NCBI GenBank assembly: GCA_965649825.1
Contig: OZ287706.1
Span: 372,001-436,000 of the forward strand
Direction of reading: 5' to 3'
Source of the DNA: Penicillus capitatus
Taxonomy: Eukaryota > Plantae > Chlorophyta
Length of the DNA: 64,000 bases
A program made the translations under genes and the position numbers. The notes under the pieces are model-generated. The model was given only the letters and a program-made list of their open reading frames with translations, did no database searches and was not told the origin of the DNA. Below, piece by piece: positions 11,571 through 23,159 of this stretch (position 1 is the first letter of the stretch; every line of letters begins with the position of its first letter).

Positions 11571-12356
11571 TGCGCGTTTTGTGTGTAAAACCGCGCTTTA
11601 TCCTTCGACGTCCGGGATATTTACGCCCGCGCTTTTGCGCTTCGGATGCGCCGGACGCTGCGCGTCGCCGTCGTGAGACGAAACGACGTCGCGGACGACC
11701 AGCCTACAAACGGAGTTCATTCGATTCGCCGCTGCGCGATGGAAACCGCGACCGGCTTATCGGCCTCCTGACCCGACGGTCCATTCACCTCAGCACTGAA
11801 GACGACGACACACATGTGCTCTTTAGATCTGCGGTCACACTTTCGTATTACTTAATGGAAACGAACGTCAATGTTCATCACTGGCTGCTTAAGTACATGA
11901 AAGACCATCCAATTCCAACGGTAGCTGCTAAGAATCTTCGACAGCTCCCACGGAGAACGGTATCTGTGTAGAAAGGTTCGTGGGAAGATGTATCGGGGGA
12001 GACTTTTTTGAGAGAGCTGCTCGGCGGCGAAGTTCAATCGACGAAATGGAGTGAGGTACTTTCATTCGTCTCTGAGACATGGCAGCGGCGTCTTGTCAGA
12101 CGAGGGATCCGATCTTTGACTGTGTGGAGCCCAGTGGCGTCGATCCGCGTAGCATTGCCCAACGCATCATGACCGTGCGCATCATCACCCTCCATCAAGA
12201 TGATGATGTGACAGCTCGATGGTGTAGATTCGCGCGGAGCTGGCAAAAGAATTTATCGAGGAGCTGCAGAACATCGCCGAAGAGAACAACGAGTTGTACA
12301 GAGAGACGCTTCAGCAATCGCTCGTCCTCAGCAGCTCAGAGGAAGACGATTCGTGA
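11570..12356 (+). CDS. Plastid-targeted RbcX-like (chaperonin-like RbcX domain) protein
   Basis: Arg/Ser/Ala-rich transit-peptide-like N-terminus, then RDRLIGLLTR|RSAVTLSYYLMETNVNVHHWLLKYM..SWEDVSGETFLRELL..VDPRSIAQRIMT|IRAELAKEFIEELQNIAEENNELYRETL. The pattern resembles algal RbcX-domain proteins from memory. TGA at 12354-12356. Confidence 0.55.
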
Positions 12357-12451
12357 CGTCTCACACTTTAAATGTGTGATCTTAATCATGGCCGTCCATT
12401 GTTTGCCTTGTATATGTCATCATTGGATGACGATGGGTGACATGGAAGACG

Positions 12452-13659
12452 TTAAGTATTGTTATCGAGCAGGCACGTGAGAAAGGCCTGTAGCGTCACG
12501 GATTTTTGCATGCCCAAGAGATCGGAAGCGGCGAAGAAGGTGCCGTCCGTATTGCCAACCATTCGCTGCATCCACCTACATTGCCCAGTGATGGTCACAC
12601 TTGTGTGACATTGCGATGACGCTACTGGTAACAGCGTTTGTCTTTCTTGGGGAAGGAAGCTGGTGGCAAGCCGGGATCACAAGGATCTAGCCGTTCCAGT
12701 CGTTCACGCGTCGCAGATTCTCCTCCCTTGCAGAACTCTTTCACATACAGAAGCGCATCGGCATAGCCGACACACAGTCCAATCCCCTCATCGACGACCG
12801 AAATCTCCACGAAGAAGTCCTTCTACACACATCACACTTATCTCACACACTCAAGACCAACGGCAACGTACGGTCGGCAACTCCAACTGAGACGAGCAAA
12901 GAATCTTCTTCGTCAACAGTCGAACCTGTCATACATACCACACATCTCACTCCTGTCACATCAAATCTCGCATGCTACCTGTCCTCTCCCTGGGGTATCC
13001 ATCTCGGCAAGGACGCGGGTGGTCAGGTCATGAAATCTCAGCAGTGTTGGTGGAATCACGTCTTTGACCTTGTCTCTTTCGACCGCCACGAGGCGTCGTC
13101 GCGGTTTTCGTCCCTCCTGTCCCATCATCTTAGCATCTGGCGATGTGCGGCGCTCCTTCTTCCAGCGAGAAGATGATGTGACATCTGAGTCTCTTCGCCG
13201 CTTAGAGCCCTCCGTTTTTCCTCCTCGGATCTCGCCTCTCAACATTGGCGTCGTCCCTTTTGCACCGCTGCGCCCTTTCAATCGAGCTTCCAGTCCATTT
13301 GGTTGATTTCTCCACGAAAATCGCTTAACATCAGACGTCACATCATCGATCTTTGAAATCACGACGGACGACATTGCCACTTCGCCGGGTAACGTCACAT
13401 CAAACTCGCGGATCTCCTGCAACGTTCTCTTGAGCGAAGGAAACTCGAGACGCAGTTGTGCAGCTCTCCTCTGACGCTCCGTCTTTTCATCCGTCTCTGT
13501 GGCTCGCCGTTTCTCCTTTTCACGCTACACGACAGCCGTCGCCTTGTCCTCCTCCACTTGTGTCATTCTTACGGAACGTGTCGCTTTGCGTTTCTTGCGA
13601 TGTTGCTTTCGCGTCAGAAACGCCTCGAGGAGTGCCGCGACCGAATTTCCGTTTTCCAT
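12452..13659 (-). CDS. Hypothetical multi-exon protein
   Basis: Minus-strand ATG (MENGNSVAALLEAFL...), several GT-AG bounded segments and protein-like exons (RLEFPSLKRTLQEIREFD; DVIPPTLLRFHDLTTRVLAEM; FFVEISVVDEGIGLCVGYADALL). No family recognised and the exon chain is uncertain. Confidence 0.35.
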
Positions 13660-13907
13660 CGTATGAAGCGACGTCCCATCACCGCAAGCCGCACGTCACT
13701 TCGACACACCGTCAGCCGCGTGCGTCACCATCATCCCACCAAGTCCCCCCTCGCAGCACAGCATTGCTTCTGCCAGACCCTCAACCCACACGCTCGCTTC
13801 GCAGACGCTTAAACGCAGATTCTCACACTTTTCAACGCACAAAAAACGACAGGCATGTCACACTTTTCTCCGATAGCACGTCACCATCCGCCTTCATCTC
13901 CACAGCG

Positions 13908-14147
13908 TCATGGCTGTTTGCTATAGCTCTCTGCCTTTTTCATAATGTACTGATGCGTGTCCAAGAATCTCTTAGCGCAATTGCTGAGACATGCGCTCTC
14001 GCGTGAGGAAAATCCACTGCTCGGCGTTCCGGTACATTTACTCCAACACACTTCGGTGATCTTGGAGACGAGTCTCTGGACAATGGCTTTCTGCTGTTCC
14101 AGTTCGAGTTCCTGCGCCAGCTGTGCTGAGACTTGCGGCGTGGACAT
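13908..14147 (-). CDS. TIM8: Mitochondrial small Tim chaperone (twin CX3C), Tim8-type, intronless
   Basis: LELEQQKAIVQRLVSKITEVCWSKC...CLSNCAKRFLDTHQYI; the EQQKA, CW.KC and RF.DT pattern is Tim8-like. In-frame upstream ATGs exist, so the start may lie further 5'. Confidence 0.85.
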   Translation of the reverse strand: MSTPQVSAQLAQELELEQQKAIVQRLVSKITEVCWSKCTGTPSSGFSSRESACLSNCAKRFLDTHQYIMKKAESYSKQP

Positions 14148-14264
14148 CGTACACGCAGCCGTTCTTCTCGTCGTTGTCATGAATGACGTGACGTCGGCCA
14201 ACTTCGTTAAATCGCTGCGCTCGTGAGCGCGCGTCGTAAAATAATACTTCTTGTCAAGTACGTG

Positions 14265-16541
14265 ATGATTTCCTGTTCGCGTTTGCTCGTTCTCGTCGAA
14301 GACACAACGGCATCCCGCGATCTTTGGCCCTTATGGAGCCAGAAAGCTTTGGAGCCCATTCTCGAAAAGATAGAAAGCGCAGCCTTCGGTTATTATGAAT
14401 TGAATCTCGTCGCCTTCGCGTCGGTGGACGGCTTAAGCGACGGATGCGTACGCAGCGGAACCTGGACGCAAAACGTTTGGCGTTTTCGACAGTATTGCGA
14501 GAGTTTGAAATTCGAGGGCACCGGAAATTCCAATGCAATGTGCGAAGCCCTCGTCGAGGCGACGTACTTAACGCGGCAGCCATCGACTCTTGGAAAACTC
14601 GAAAATGTGACTCAGCACGTTCTGTTGTGTACCGCAGGATCGATAGGACGACTGTCGGTTCCTTGGCCTTTCCGAGAGCACGTCTCACACGACGGCGACC
14701 GACGCGTCCATCTTCTGACCATACTGGGACACATGGTGACGACGCGTGGACTGTCCTTCAGTATATTAACGGTGGGCACGCTCAACAACATCTTGCCGAA
14801 GAAATTTGGGACATTGGTCGGCAGCCGCGTTCTCAAAATGTGCGAGAAACTTTCGCCGCAGCAAAACTATCTCATGCTCATTCATCCACGATGGCGTCAT
14901 GGCTATCAAGCGCTGTTCCCGGAGTGCAAAGAGATGGAGGAATGGATCGACGCGGCGGCGGTTTCTGCCAGCGATTCCGATCAGAACTTCCGAACGGCGA
15001 GTCCTTCGCTGCCACTACCGCCGCACATCCGGCCAGAAGCTGCCCTGAAGCCACTGGACATTCACCAATTCCCCCCTCCCATGCCACCTAGTCGCGCTGC
15101 CGTTGAACAAGCGGCTCTATCGATCAAGACGGGACAAGAGTTCCCAGATGCCATCCGTCTATCGTCTTGGTCTAAGGCTCAAGACGCCAAGCTTTCATGG
15201 AATGACAGCACAACGTTGCATCTCTATCATCATTCCGATCACGACCTCTCCAAGATGTCGGTCGATGGGCTGAGCTCGGTCGAATCCGAATTGGCATTGG
15301 AACGGGATTTGCTGCAACTGGAAAGCACGCAGACTTCTTTTCGTGATGTCAGTTCCGAAAAGGAGAGCAAGGTTGAGAGTTCCACGTCTTATGGCGGCGG
15401 TGTCACATCACCTGCGCATTCTTCCACGAAATATTCGGCGCTTTCTGTTGATCCATCATCGGTGGCCATTCGAGATCCTTTTGCCACTAATGCAGCTCAG
15501 ATGGCGACAGTCCTTCCAGAAGACGGAGCATCTTCGACCCAGTCGCAGCGCATCCCGATTGCTGCACAACGAAGCAAGACGATGTCCTCTTCGGCCTCCG
15601 TTTCAATAGAGACGTGCCGTAAGTTGGATGAACTGTCATCTCAAAGACGATCTTTGCCCAGAAACGGCGTCCTGGTGGAGAAAAGGGCACAAACAATTGA
15701 TCATCGACGTTCCTGGCCGAGTCCAACAACACCAACGGAACCGCGAAATCTGCTCGACTCCACTCGGAGTTATCCTACTATCGATGACCCTCTATCAGCG
15801 TACCCATTGTCAAGTGAGATCGCAATTGGACGATGACGATGGTATAAGGCGGGATGCGATAACAGGTCAAGATGGACGTCAAACAAAGCGACTCCGAACG
15901 AATTATCCTACGGGCAATACAAAGCCACCGTTGATTCAGTCTCCTCTTTCGGTCTTTCCATCACGCAAGCGAGATGAACCATCTTCTGATTTGTTCTATT
16001 CTTCCCGGCAGCCATCGTGGAAAGTGGAGCCGGCGACTCAACCAACAGGACCCGCACGTGCGTCTCTTTTCATGCGTTTCTCTTCGTGCTATCTCATGGT
16101 TGAGACATAGGAGTGGATCTCTTAGGTACGCTGATGCCATCCAGTGGCTTCGGATGGAATGTGGAGTGGAGTGGTCCATTGTACCTCACTGGCACTTTTG
16201 TACACCAATCTGCACCGCAGAAGCTCTTTGACATGGAAGTCCTGTGCAAGAGGACGCTCTCAAACGAAGGAATGTGGCCATCCGAACTCCTGGTGCATAA
16301 TGTCGTGCCTAAGACGCAGCAGCGGTGTCCAGCCTCTTGCATGATCAGCCCTAAATGGAGCAGCATGACCGAAATGGGCAGAACCTTTGCCAAGTGGCTA
16401 ACCGAGAATAACATGATAGCTATAGCTGATCTGATAGGCGAGAAATCATCAAGTCGCCTTATCATCTCTGTTCAGGAGAGCAATGGCAACGGACAATGTC
16501 AATTGGTGGCTGGCTTCCAAAGAGAAGGCAGTGAATTATGA
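14265..16541 (+). CDS. MED25: Mediator subunit 25 (vWA domain, low-complexity linker, ACID-like domain)
   Basis: N-terminal LLVLVEDTTA...ELNLVAF...SGTWTQNV..F..GTG..AMCEALVEA...QHVLL resembles the plant MED25 vWA domain. C-terminal WSGPL...WPSELLV...NMIAIADL...LIISV resembles the plant ACID domain. Middle introns approximate. Confidence 0.78.
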
Positions 16542-16611
16542 GGCGTAATCCTGTTTTGAATCCGGCTGCCTAACATTTCATTTAACAAGGGACAGAGACC
16601 GCTCTCTTTCT

Positions 16612-17683
16612 ATGCTCTCTTTGCATCCCGCTCGCATCCTTCGACCATTACGGTCACTCAGCTGTCGTCCACACATCCAACGATATCGCGCAAGGGGCGG
16701 CGGAGAGGACAAAGGAGAAAGAAGCGGGCAGCGACGTGATCGTGCCGTGGTGACGCTAAGCGACGTTGCTGATCGATCTCTCCGTGCGTTGTAGGAACGA
16801 CGACCGTGACAGATCTCACGGTGTTTCGATTGACGCTCGGGATCCCGGGATTCGATGACGCGATGATACCGAGGGTGGTTGGATGTCTCGGTCTCGGCCT
16901 GCTGCTCTGGAACAGGATCGATTCGGGTGCCCTGATCTCGCCATTGCAGGCAACGCCTTACCAAACCCGATCTGCCATCTCTTCTGATGTCGTTCCCTGT
17001 AGATGCGCTCGGAAAGCGTTGGCTTCTTGCTGTGCCTCGCGTGCATCGCTCTGCCGGCGATCGGGGCCCGACTGGACGCAGGAATGACGGAGAGTGGCCG
17101 ACGCAATGTATCGGATCTATCCAGCATCCAACAAGGCTTCGCTCTTGATCCATCCCTCACCGAGTTCTCAAAACGCGTGCGCGATTCTCCGGATGAAAAG
17201 CGAGTGATCGCAAAGGGGCAGCGTTACAGGAGATGGCATGGAGTTCCTACGCCCTGCTCAAGTGCACGAACGTCTGCACCATCTTCATCATGGCAGACAG
17301 ACAGTGCCAAATGGCACGAGGATTCTTCAACGCCGCACTCTTTACGGATACCGACAGCCGCATCTCACTCACTCGTCTCAACCAAGCACGCCAACATATG
17401 TCTCCCAGTCACATCTCACTCTTTTTGTGTATAGGTGATGGAGCAGAGTCCGATTCCGACCGTCGACGACGATCCGCAGATCTATCTTCCAAACAGGGCG
17501 GCGATGCGCCGACGCGGTATTCAACTGGATGTTGTGCAGATGCATGCACGTTCCTGCTGTATCCAGCGCATTGCCCCTGGTATGATGTTGGTTGTCTTAT
17601 CGGATACAGAGAATGCTCTTTCGTCGAGAGAACGATCATGGATCGGCGCCATTGCTGCAAAGCTCGCCGGGACATGTGCATAA
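16612..17683 (+). CDS. CCB2: Cytochrome b6f haem ci assembly factor CCB2 (CCB2/CCB4 family)
   Basis: LTVFRLTLGIPGFDDAMIPRVVG; SPLQ|MRSESVG; EMAWSSYALLKCTN; YLPNRAA; RERSWIGAIAAKL, as in plant CCB2. Transit-peptide-like exon 1; GC-AG intron 16950-17002. Confidence 0.85.
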
Positions 17684-17707
17684 CATCGACGACGTTTCTC
17701 TTGGCAA

Positions 17708-19510
17708 ATGGCGTCGACATTAATTCGATTGACCCGACGCGTCCTCCCGCGTGCCTTCGCCTCAAACGCGCGTCGTCCATTCCTGCCGATCTGTCGCACC
17801 AACGCTCCGCCTCTGCGCATCTCCCGACGACTGGTTTCACGTATGGAGGCGCGTGCCATCTCTTACCTGTAAGAATCTCCGAATAAATCTCTTGCTTTCT
17901 GTGAGAAGACGGCTGCAGGAATCAACCAGATGCAGCGGCACTGGATATGGATCTCATGGGTGATCTGCATTTCAGCATCGATCAGCTGATGGAACTGGCA
18001 GGACTCTCTGTTGCTTCGGCCATCGCCTGTGAGTACTCACCTCGGCGCTTTCCTCGTGTGCTAGTGATCGCGGGTCCCGGGAACAACGGAGGAGATGGCC
18101 TCGTTGCCGCACGACATCTCACACATTTTGGTCACACTGTTCAAGTCCATTCGATCTGTATACTGCATCACCGATGATGAAAATGGGTGTCGTCGTCTAG
18201 CTGCTCTATCCCATTCCCACAAACAAAATGCTCTACGATAATCTACTGGCCCAGTGCGAGACGCTATCCGTCAAGATGTGCACACCAGATGTCCTTGAAG
18301 TAACGCCCATTCTTCACGGGTGAAATCGTCGTGATGATGTGACAGGGACGTGCATTGAGTGAGAGATTTGATTTGGTAGTCGATGCGATTTTCGGCTTCA
18401 GTTTCAGAGGAGAGCCGCGTCCACCCTTTGACGCCGTTCTGGATGTGAGCGTATGCTTCACACGACGAGGTGTCAGGAATGGCCGCAGGCGTTGAAACCG
18501 GAGAGAAACCCGCCGAAGATCGTGAGCGTCGACATTCCTTCCGGATGGCACGTGGAGAAAGGGGACATCCAGGGGAACGGCATCCGGCCAGACATGCTCG
18601 TCTCTCTGTCCGCTCCCAAAGAATGCGCTCGGCGTTTTGAAGTGACAGCCACACGAGGAGCCATTCCCACTCGTATGCTGACTGTGCTGCACAGGGAGCA
18701 CACCATTACTTAGGTGGTCGCTTTCTGCCACCTTCCCTTACGCAGAAATTCCGCATTACCTTGCCCGCCTACGCGGAAGGTCGGCAATGCGTCAGACTGG
18801 GTGGCGCAGCATCGAGCTGTGAGTTGCAAACCATGAGGGAGACATACGAGAACGAAGGCATCGATGAAGCACAGCTGCACGCCGATCCGATCGAGCAGTT
18901 CAGGCTCTGGTTTGAAGAGCACAAGAGTTTTGGCGGCGCCCGGGTGCCAAACGCCATGATCCTGGCCACCTGTGGCGAAGACGCTAAACCATCCGCCCGT
19001 TGCGTTTTGCTCAAAGGACTGGAGCACGGCGGCTTCGTCTTCTACACCAACTACGAGAGCAAGAAGGCAAACCAGATCAAAGAGAACGGACATGCAGCTC
19101 TTTGCTTCAACATGGAGGCTTTGCACCGACAGGTCGGCCGTGCAGAAGTCAAACGTCATTCATGGTGTGTGCAGGTGAGGGTGGAGGGCGTCGTTCGTCG
19201 TCTTTCGGCCACAGAATCCGACGCGTACTTCAGCACGCGGCCTCGGCATTCACAAATAGGCGCATGGGCGAGTCGGCAATCGTCGGTCCTCTCTAGTCGC
19301 CAAGAGATCGACGATAAGGAGCGCGAAATCGCTGAGCGCTTTGCCGATGTCTCTCAGGCCATTCCGCGACCGGATAACTGGGGCGGCTATGTCGTTGTGC
19401 CACTCAGTGTGGAATTTTGGCAAGGACGTGCGGGTCGTTTGCATGATCGCTGTGAGTTCTTTCGCGATACAGTCAACGCGGCTTGGCGCCGACGTCGATT
19501 GAGCCCATAA
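17708..19510 (+). CDS. PPOX1: NAD(P)HX epimerase (YjeF_N) fused to pyridoxine/pyridoxamine 5'-phosphate oxidase
   Basis: [31 protein letters not shown]; [11 protein letters not shown]; SVDIPSGW; HYLGGRF, then PNPO motifs [27 protein letters not shown]; RQVRVEG; SQIGAWAS; WGGY; EFWQG..RLHDR; RLSP-TAA. The fusion is established in the green lineage. Confidence 0.95.
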
Positions 19511-19689
19511 GCCGTTCAATTTAAAACGGTTATTACGTGGCCTTTGTGTACAGATAACCTCAAGTATCGGTCTTCACGGAATAACGCCCGCACGCACTTT
19601 GTCGCCTGACCTGTCGCAGCTGGTGGTTTCGCCCTCTCGACCAAACATCAACGTGCGTCGCCGCGTGTTGTCATCCGATATTTAGTGTC

Positions 19690-20538
19690 ATGCAATTAGG
19701 CGATATATATAGCGAACCACTGCTGGAAGAGCGTTATCGGGTCTCGGTCCTAGAAACGTTTGTGTACACCATGCAGACTGCGCCGCCGGCTGAACGAGCA
19801 TCCCTGTGGATGGATATCCGTGCCGTGCAGTCATGGTTACCGCGAGGCCGCATGGTCGTGGGCATCCTCGGAAGCAGCACATTTCACGATCCCTTCTCGC
19901 CCAGTATCTGCCGCTATCTCGGAGAAGAACTATGGCAAGCGGGCATTGCGATTCTCACGATTCAAAGCGAAGGCATCGGAGAGATGGTGACATGGAGCTA
20001 CGTTATGCGAGGTGGCAGTGAGGCAAAGCAAAGCGCATTTCATTTGACGTCAGACGAAAACAAGAGACCCGGTGACGTCGTTGAGAAGTCATCGATGGGC
20101 TGGGTCGTGGCAGGAGGCGCAACCAACGAAGTGAGCAAGCATCCACATCCATAACATCAAAGGCATGCTCATCGCGTCCATGTGCTGTATGGACATTGCA
20201 GGAAAATCGAAGACTGTTCTCGATGATCACTCCTGTTTATATACTGATCGAAGGCGGTCCTCGTTCGGCATTCATGGCACGCATGGCAATGCAACAGGTG
20301 GGTGACCCATCACCTGTCACATCAGTGGATGATGTGTGTGTAGGGTGCCGTAATAATTCCAGTTTCGCGATGCGGAGGAGCTGCCAAAGGTCTTTTTGGG
20401 GCACCCATTTTTCCCAAACCGTCTGGTGTGCCCCTAAAACAATGGATACTTTTAAGGGATCCATGGGAGGACGTTCGCAACACGGTGGTGTGTGTGGTCC
20501 GAATCATTCAAGCTCTCTACAATACGACTACTCCTTAG
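19690..20538 (+). CDS. SLOG-superfamily-like (LOG/DprA/Smf Rossmann-type) protein, tentative
   Basis: Three exons: MVVGILGSS..YLGEELWQAGIAILT..GIG; ENRRLFSMITPVYILIEGGPRS; GAVIIPVSRCGGAAK. The beta-strand/G-rich pattern and I-EGGPG-like and IPV..GGAA motifs recall SLOG domains. Confidence 0.45.
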
Positions 20539-23027
20539 GACATACGTCACGTCGTCGTTACATCTCTATGAAGTCTAGGAAGCTCGTTTTCTAATTGACT
20601 GCATTTGCTTTTTCTCGTACGCGCTAGTACATCCGGCATTTCATTTCATGGACAGCAGATAGTTTTGACACGACCTCGGTTTTTCATTCTAGTGAGCTGG
20701 GTTGGGCGCATGGAATACAGAACATCGCCAGCTGACATGCACACTGAATGGGACGCTTTGCTCATTTCACTGAACATGGGTACTGGGAATGTTTTGTATG
20801 GTTAAGAACCGCGGATGTAAATAACGGTAGACAACCCGGCCGACCTTCGTCAAAGATGTCAATCCTGAATGCCCTCCGACGGTTATGAACAAAGGGTCAT
20901 CCTAGCCTATACATACTACTAGCCTTGGTAGATGTGCTTCTCGTGCGCAATAAACGCATACATGATATATATGGAGAAGCTAGTACTGCTAAGAATTGTC
21001 AAGTCGCTTTGTTTTCTGTGGAGAAGATACACAGCGTATGGGGTGAGGAATAAGGAAGGGTTGTTTTCTTTGACGAGGGGTGGTGGGTAAAGGGTGTCTC
21101 ACGGAGAAAGAGGACGAAGGTTGTCAACAAACCGACGTTCTCAATTTGTTTCGGGTGTTGTTGTCTACCGACAAGAGCTTTCATGACTGCAAATATTGTG
21201 CACTCGGATGCTGAGTCATGGATTTTTTGTGATGAACAACATCCAGTGTGTTATGTAATTTTGATATTTCGGCACATGTGGCTCAAGAATCGCGCAGATC
21301 CGAAGCAGATCAAAAATATCAGGCAACAGACGATGCACACAAGCTGTCACACTTGTGTGACTATGGGCTGATGCACATGGTATTGGATGTGAAATCGGAC
21401 AACAGGTAAGTGCATAGCAGCGGTACTGTCGAGTGCATCGGGCACCAGACGATCGATCACAGATTCGGGAATCGGAGGCGGGTTAGTCACACATAGCCAT
21501 CATAGGAATCTCCTGTAATAGGGAAATCGATATATCGTCATCACCCCCAATGTGCATGCAATGGCAGCAGCGATCAGAAGAAGACGAATGCACGTCCACT
21601 CCCATCCACACTCTCGCCCATCGGTGTCTTGTCCTCAATGTAGAGGCCGGTTAAGGTAACAGACATAAGAGTGAGAAATAAAAGGTCCATCATCTAACAC
21701 TCCCCTGACGAACATTCCGTCAATGTCACACATTTCTGTCTGCCATCCATCCGAGGTATGTGTCCGCCGCTATGCGCGTCCAAGGTAAGTGTTGCATCAT
21801 AGCTAAGGTATTCATGTGCAATGTGTGATGCGTTCTGTCATCCGACAGTTTCCACTGTGCTCCGGACATGATATGTGTGAGATCCATCTTTAAACTCAGT
21901 CTCTAATCAACGTTATCGGTTACACGACCAAGAGTGAGATATCACCAGACTTTGCAGAACGTGCTTTCTAAGCGGCCCCTGTTAAGAAAGGACACCTGTG
22001 CCTCGTGCTGTATCCGTCGGATACAGTTGTCGAGCAAACAGTAGGTTATGACGTCCTCCTCGCCGAGTTACCTTCCATGTCATGTGCTCGTCGCAAGTTA
22101 TCACCGTCATTCTGCGACGCAACGCGCGTCTGAAATTTGCCGAAGACGAAGTGCCGGACAACGCGAGCTAAAATCCACCGTCCATATACAACGTGCAACG
22201 ACGACGACGGCATTTCGTCAGATATGAAGACGAGGTATAGAGTGGGTTCGTTTCTTTTTCTAATCCCTTCTGCGCAGCAGACGTGGCCTTTTCGTCGATA
22301 TTGAGCGGCTGACAATGCAGGCCGTACGGCAATGCTTCGGGTCATGGCTATGACCTCGAGGCACTACCTCGTTGCTCTCTCATGCATGACTCCCTCTATC
22401 GACGTCTGTCACTCGGTGAGGTCCGTCGACCAGAAACCCACCCCTGCGAAGTCACTTCTCTCTAGGTACAGGATAGCAGTGAGCTTGGGCGCTGAACCGA
22501 ATCTCATAGATAGTGCCAACGCAGGCGCCAAGATGTCCGGACACCTCTCCCCTCCGACGACGAAAACTGCTTGAACAGCAAGAAGGGTGCAACGTCGAGG
22601 AGGTACAGGCTCCTTTCTCAGCAGTTCCCATTGGTTCCTGAGATTTTCGCAAAGGACGCGTGGCTCATCGCTCGGCCACGCGTTTTTAATGGATACGTCA
22701 CATCCGATTCTCGGTCAATTATTGCCAACTGTCCAACAGACGGCTATTCCGGCCTCTGCAGGTACCGCGAAAAACAACAGTTCCCTGTGATTTTCATAGC
22801 CGCGTCTTTTTCCCACACCTATTCGCGAGCATAGTGCAGACGAGGCTCGTTTTCAGCCAGTAAATATATTATAACTACAATGCAAGTGATGACTAAGGTG
22901 CATGCGGACCGCACGTTACCTTAATCACTACACTGTCACCTCGCCCGATGCCAACTGTGGCTATTGCGAACTGCTGACTAGCTTCGAGCAGCTTCGGACC
23001 GCGGCTTCGCCCATGGCATCGGCATCG

Positions 23028-23034
23028 TATAAAT
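23028..23034 (+). promoter_or_regulatory. TATA box of array copy A
   Basis: TATAAAT 132 bp upstream of ATG 23160. Confidence 0.7.
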
Positions 23035-23159
23035 TCAGCACGACCTCGTCTTTTCCACAACGTGTTTTGTTTCTTCGGTCTGCGAACGTCCAACCTACCT
23101 TGCAGATTTTACTTCGCCTTTTGCACACGAGTGCCTGAAATCGAAGAAAGAAAGACACG

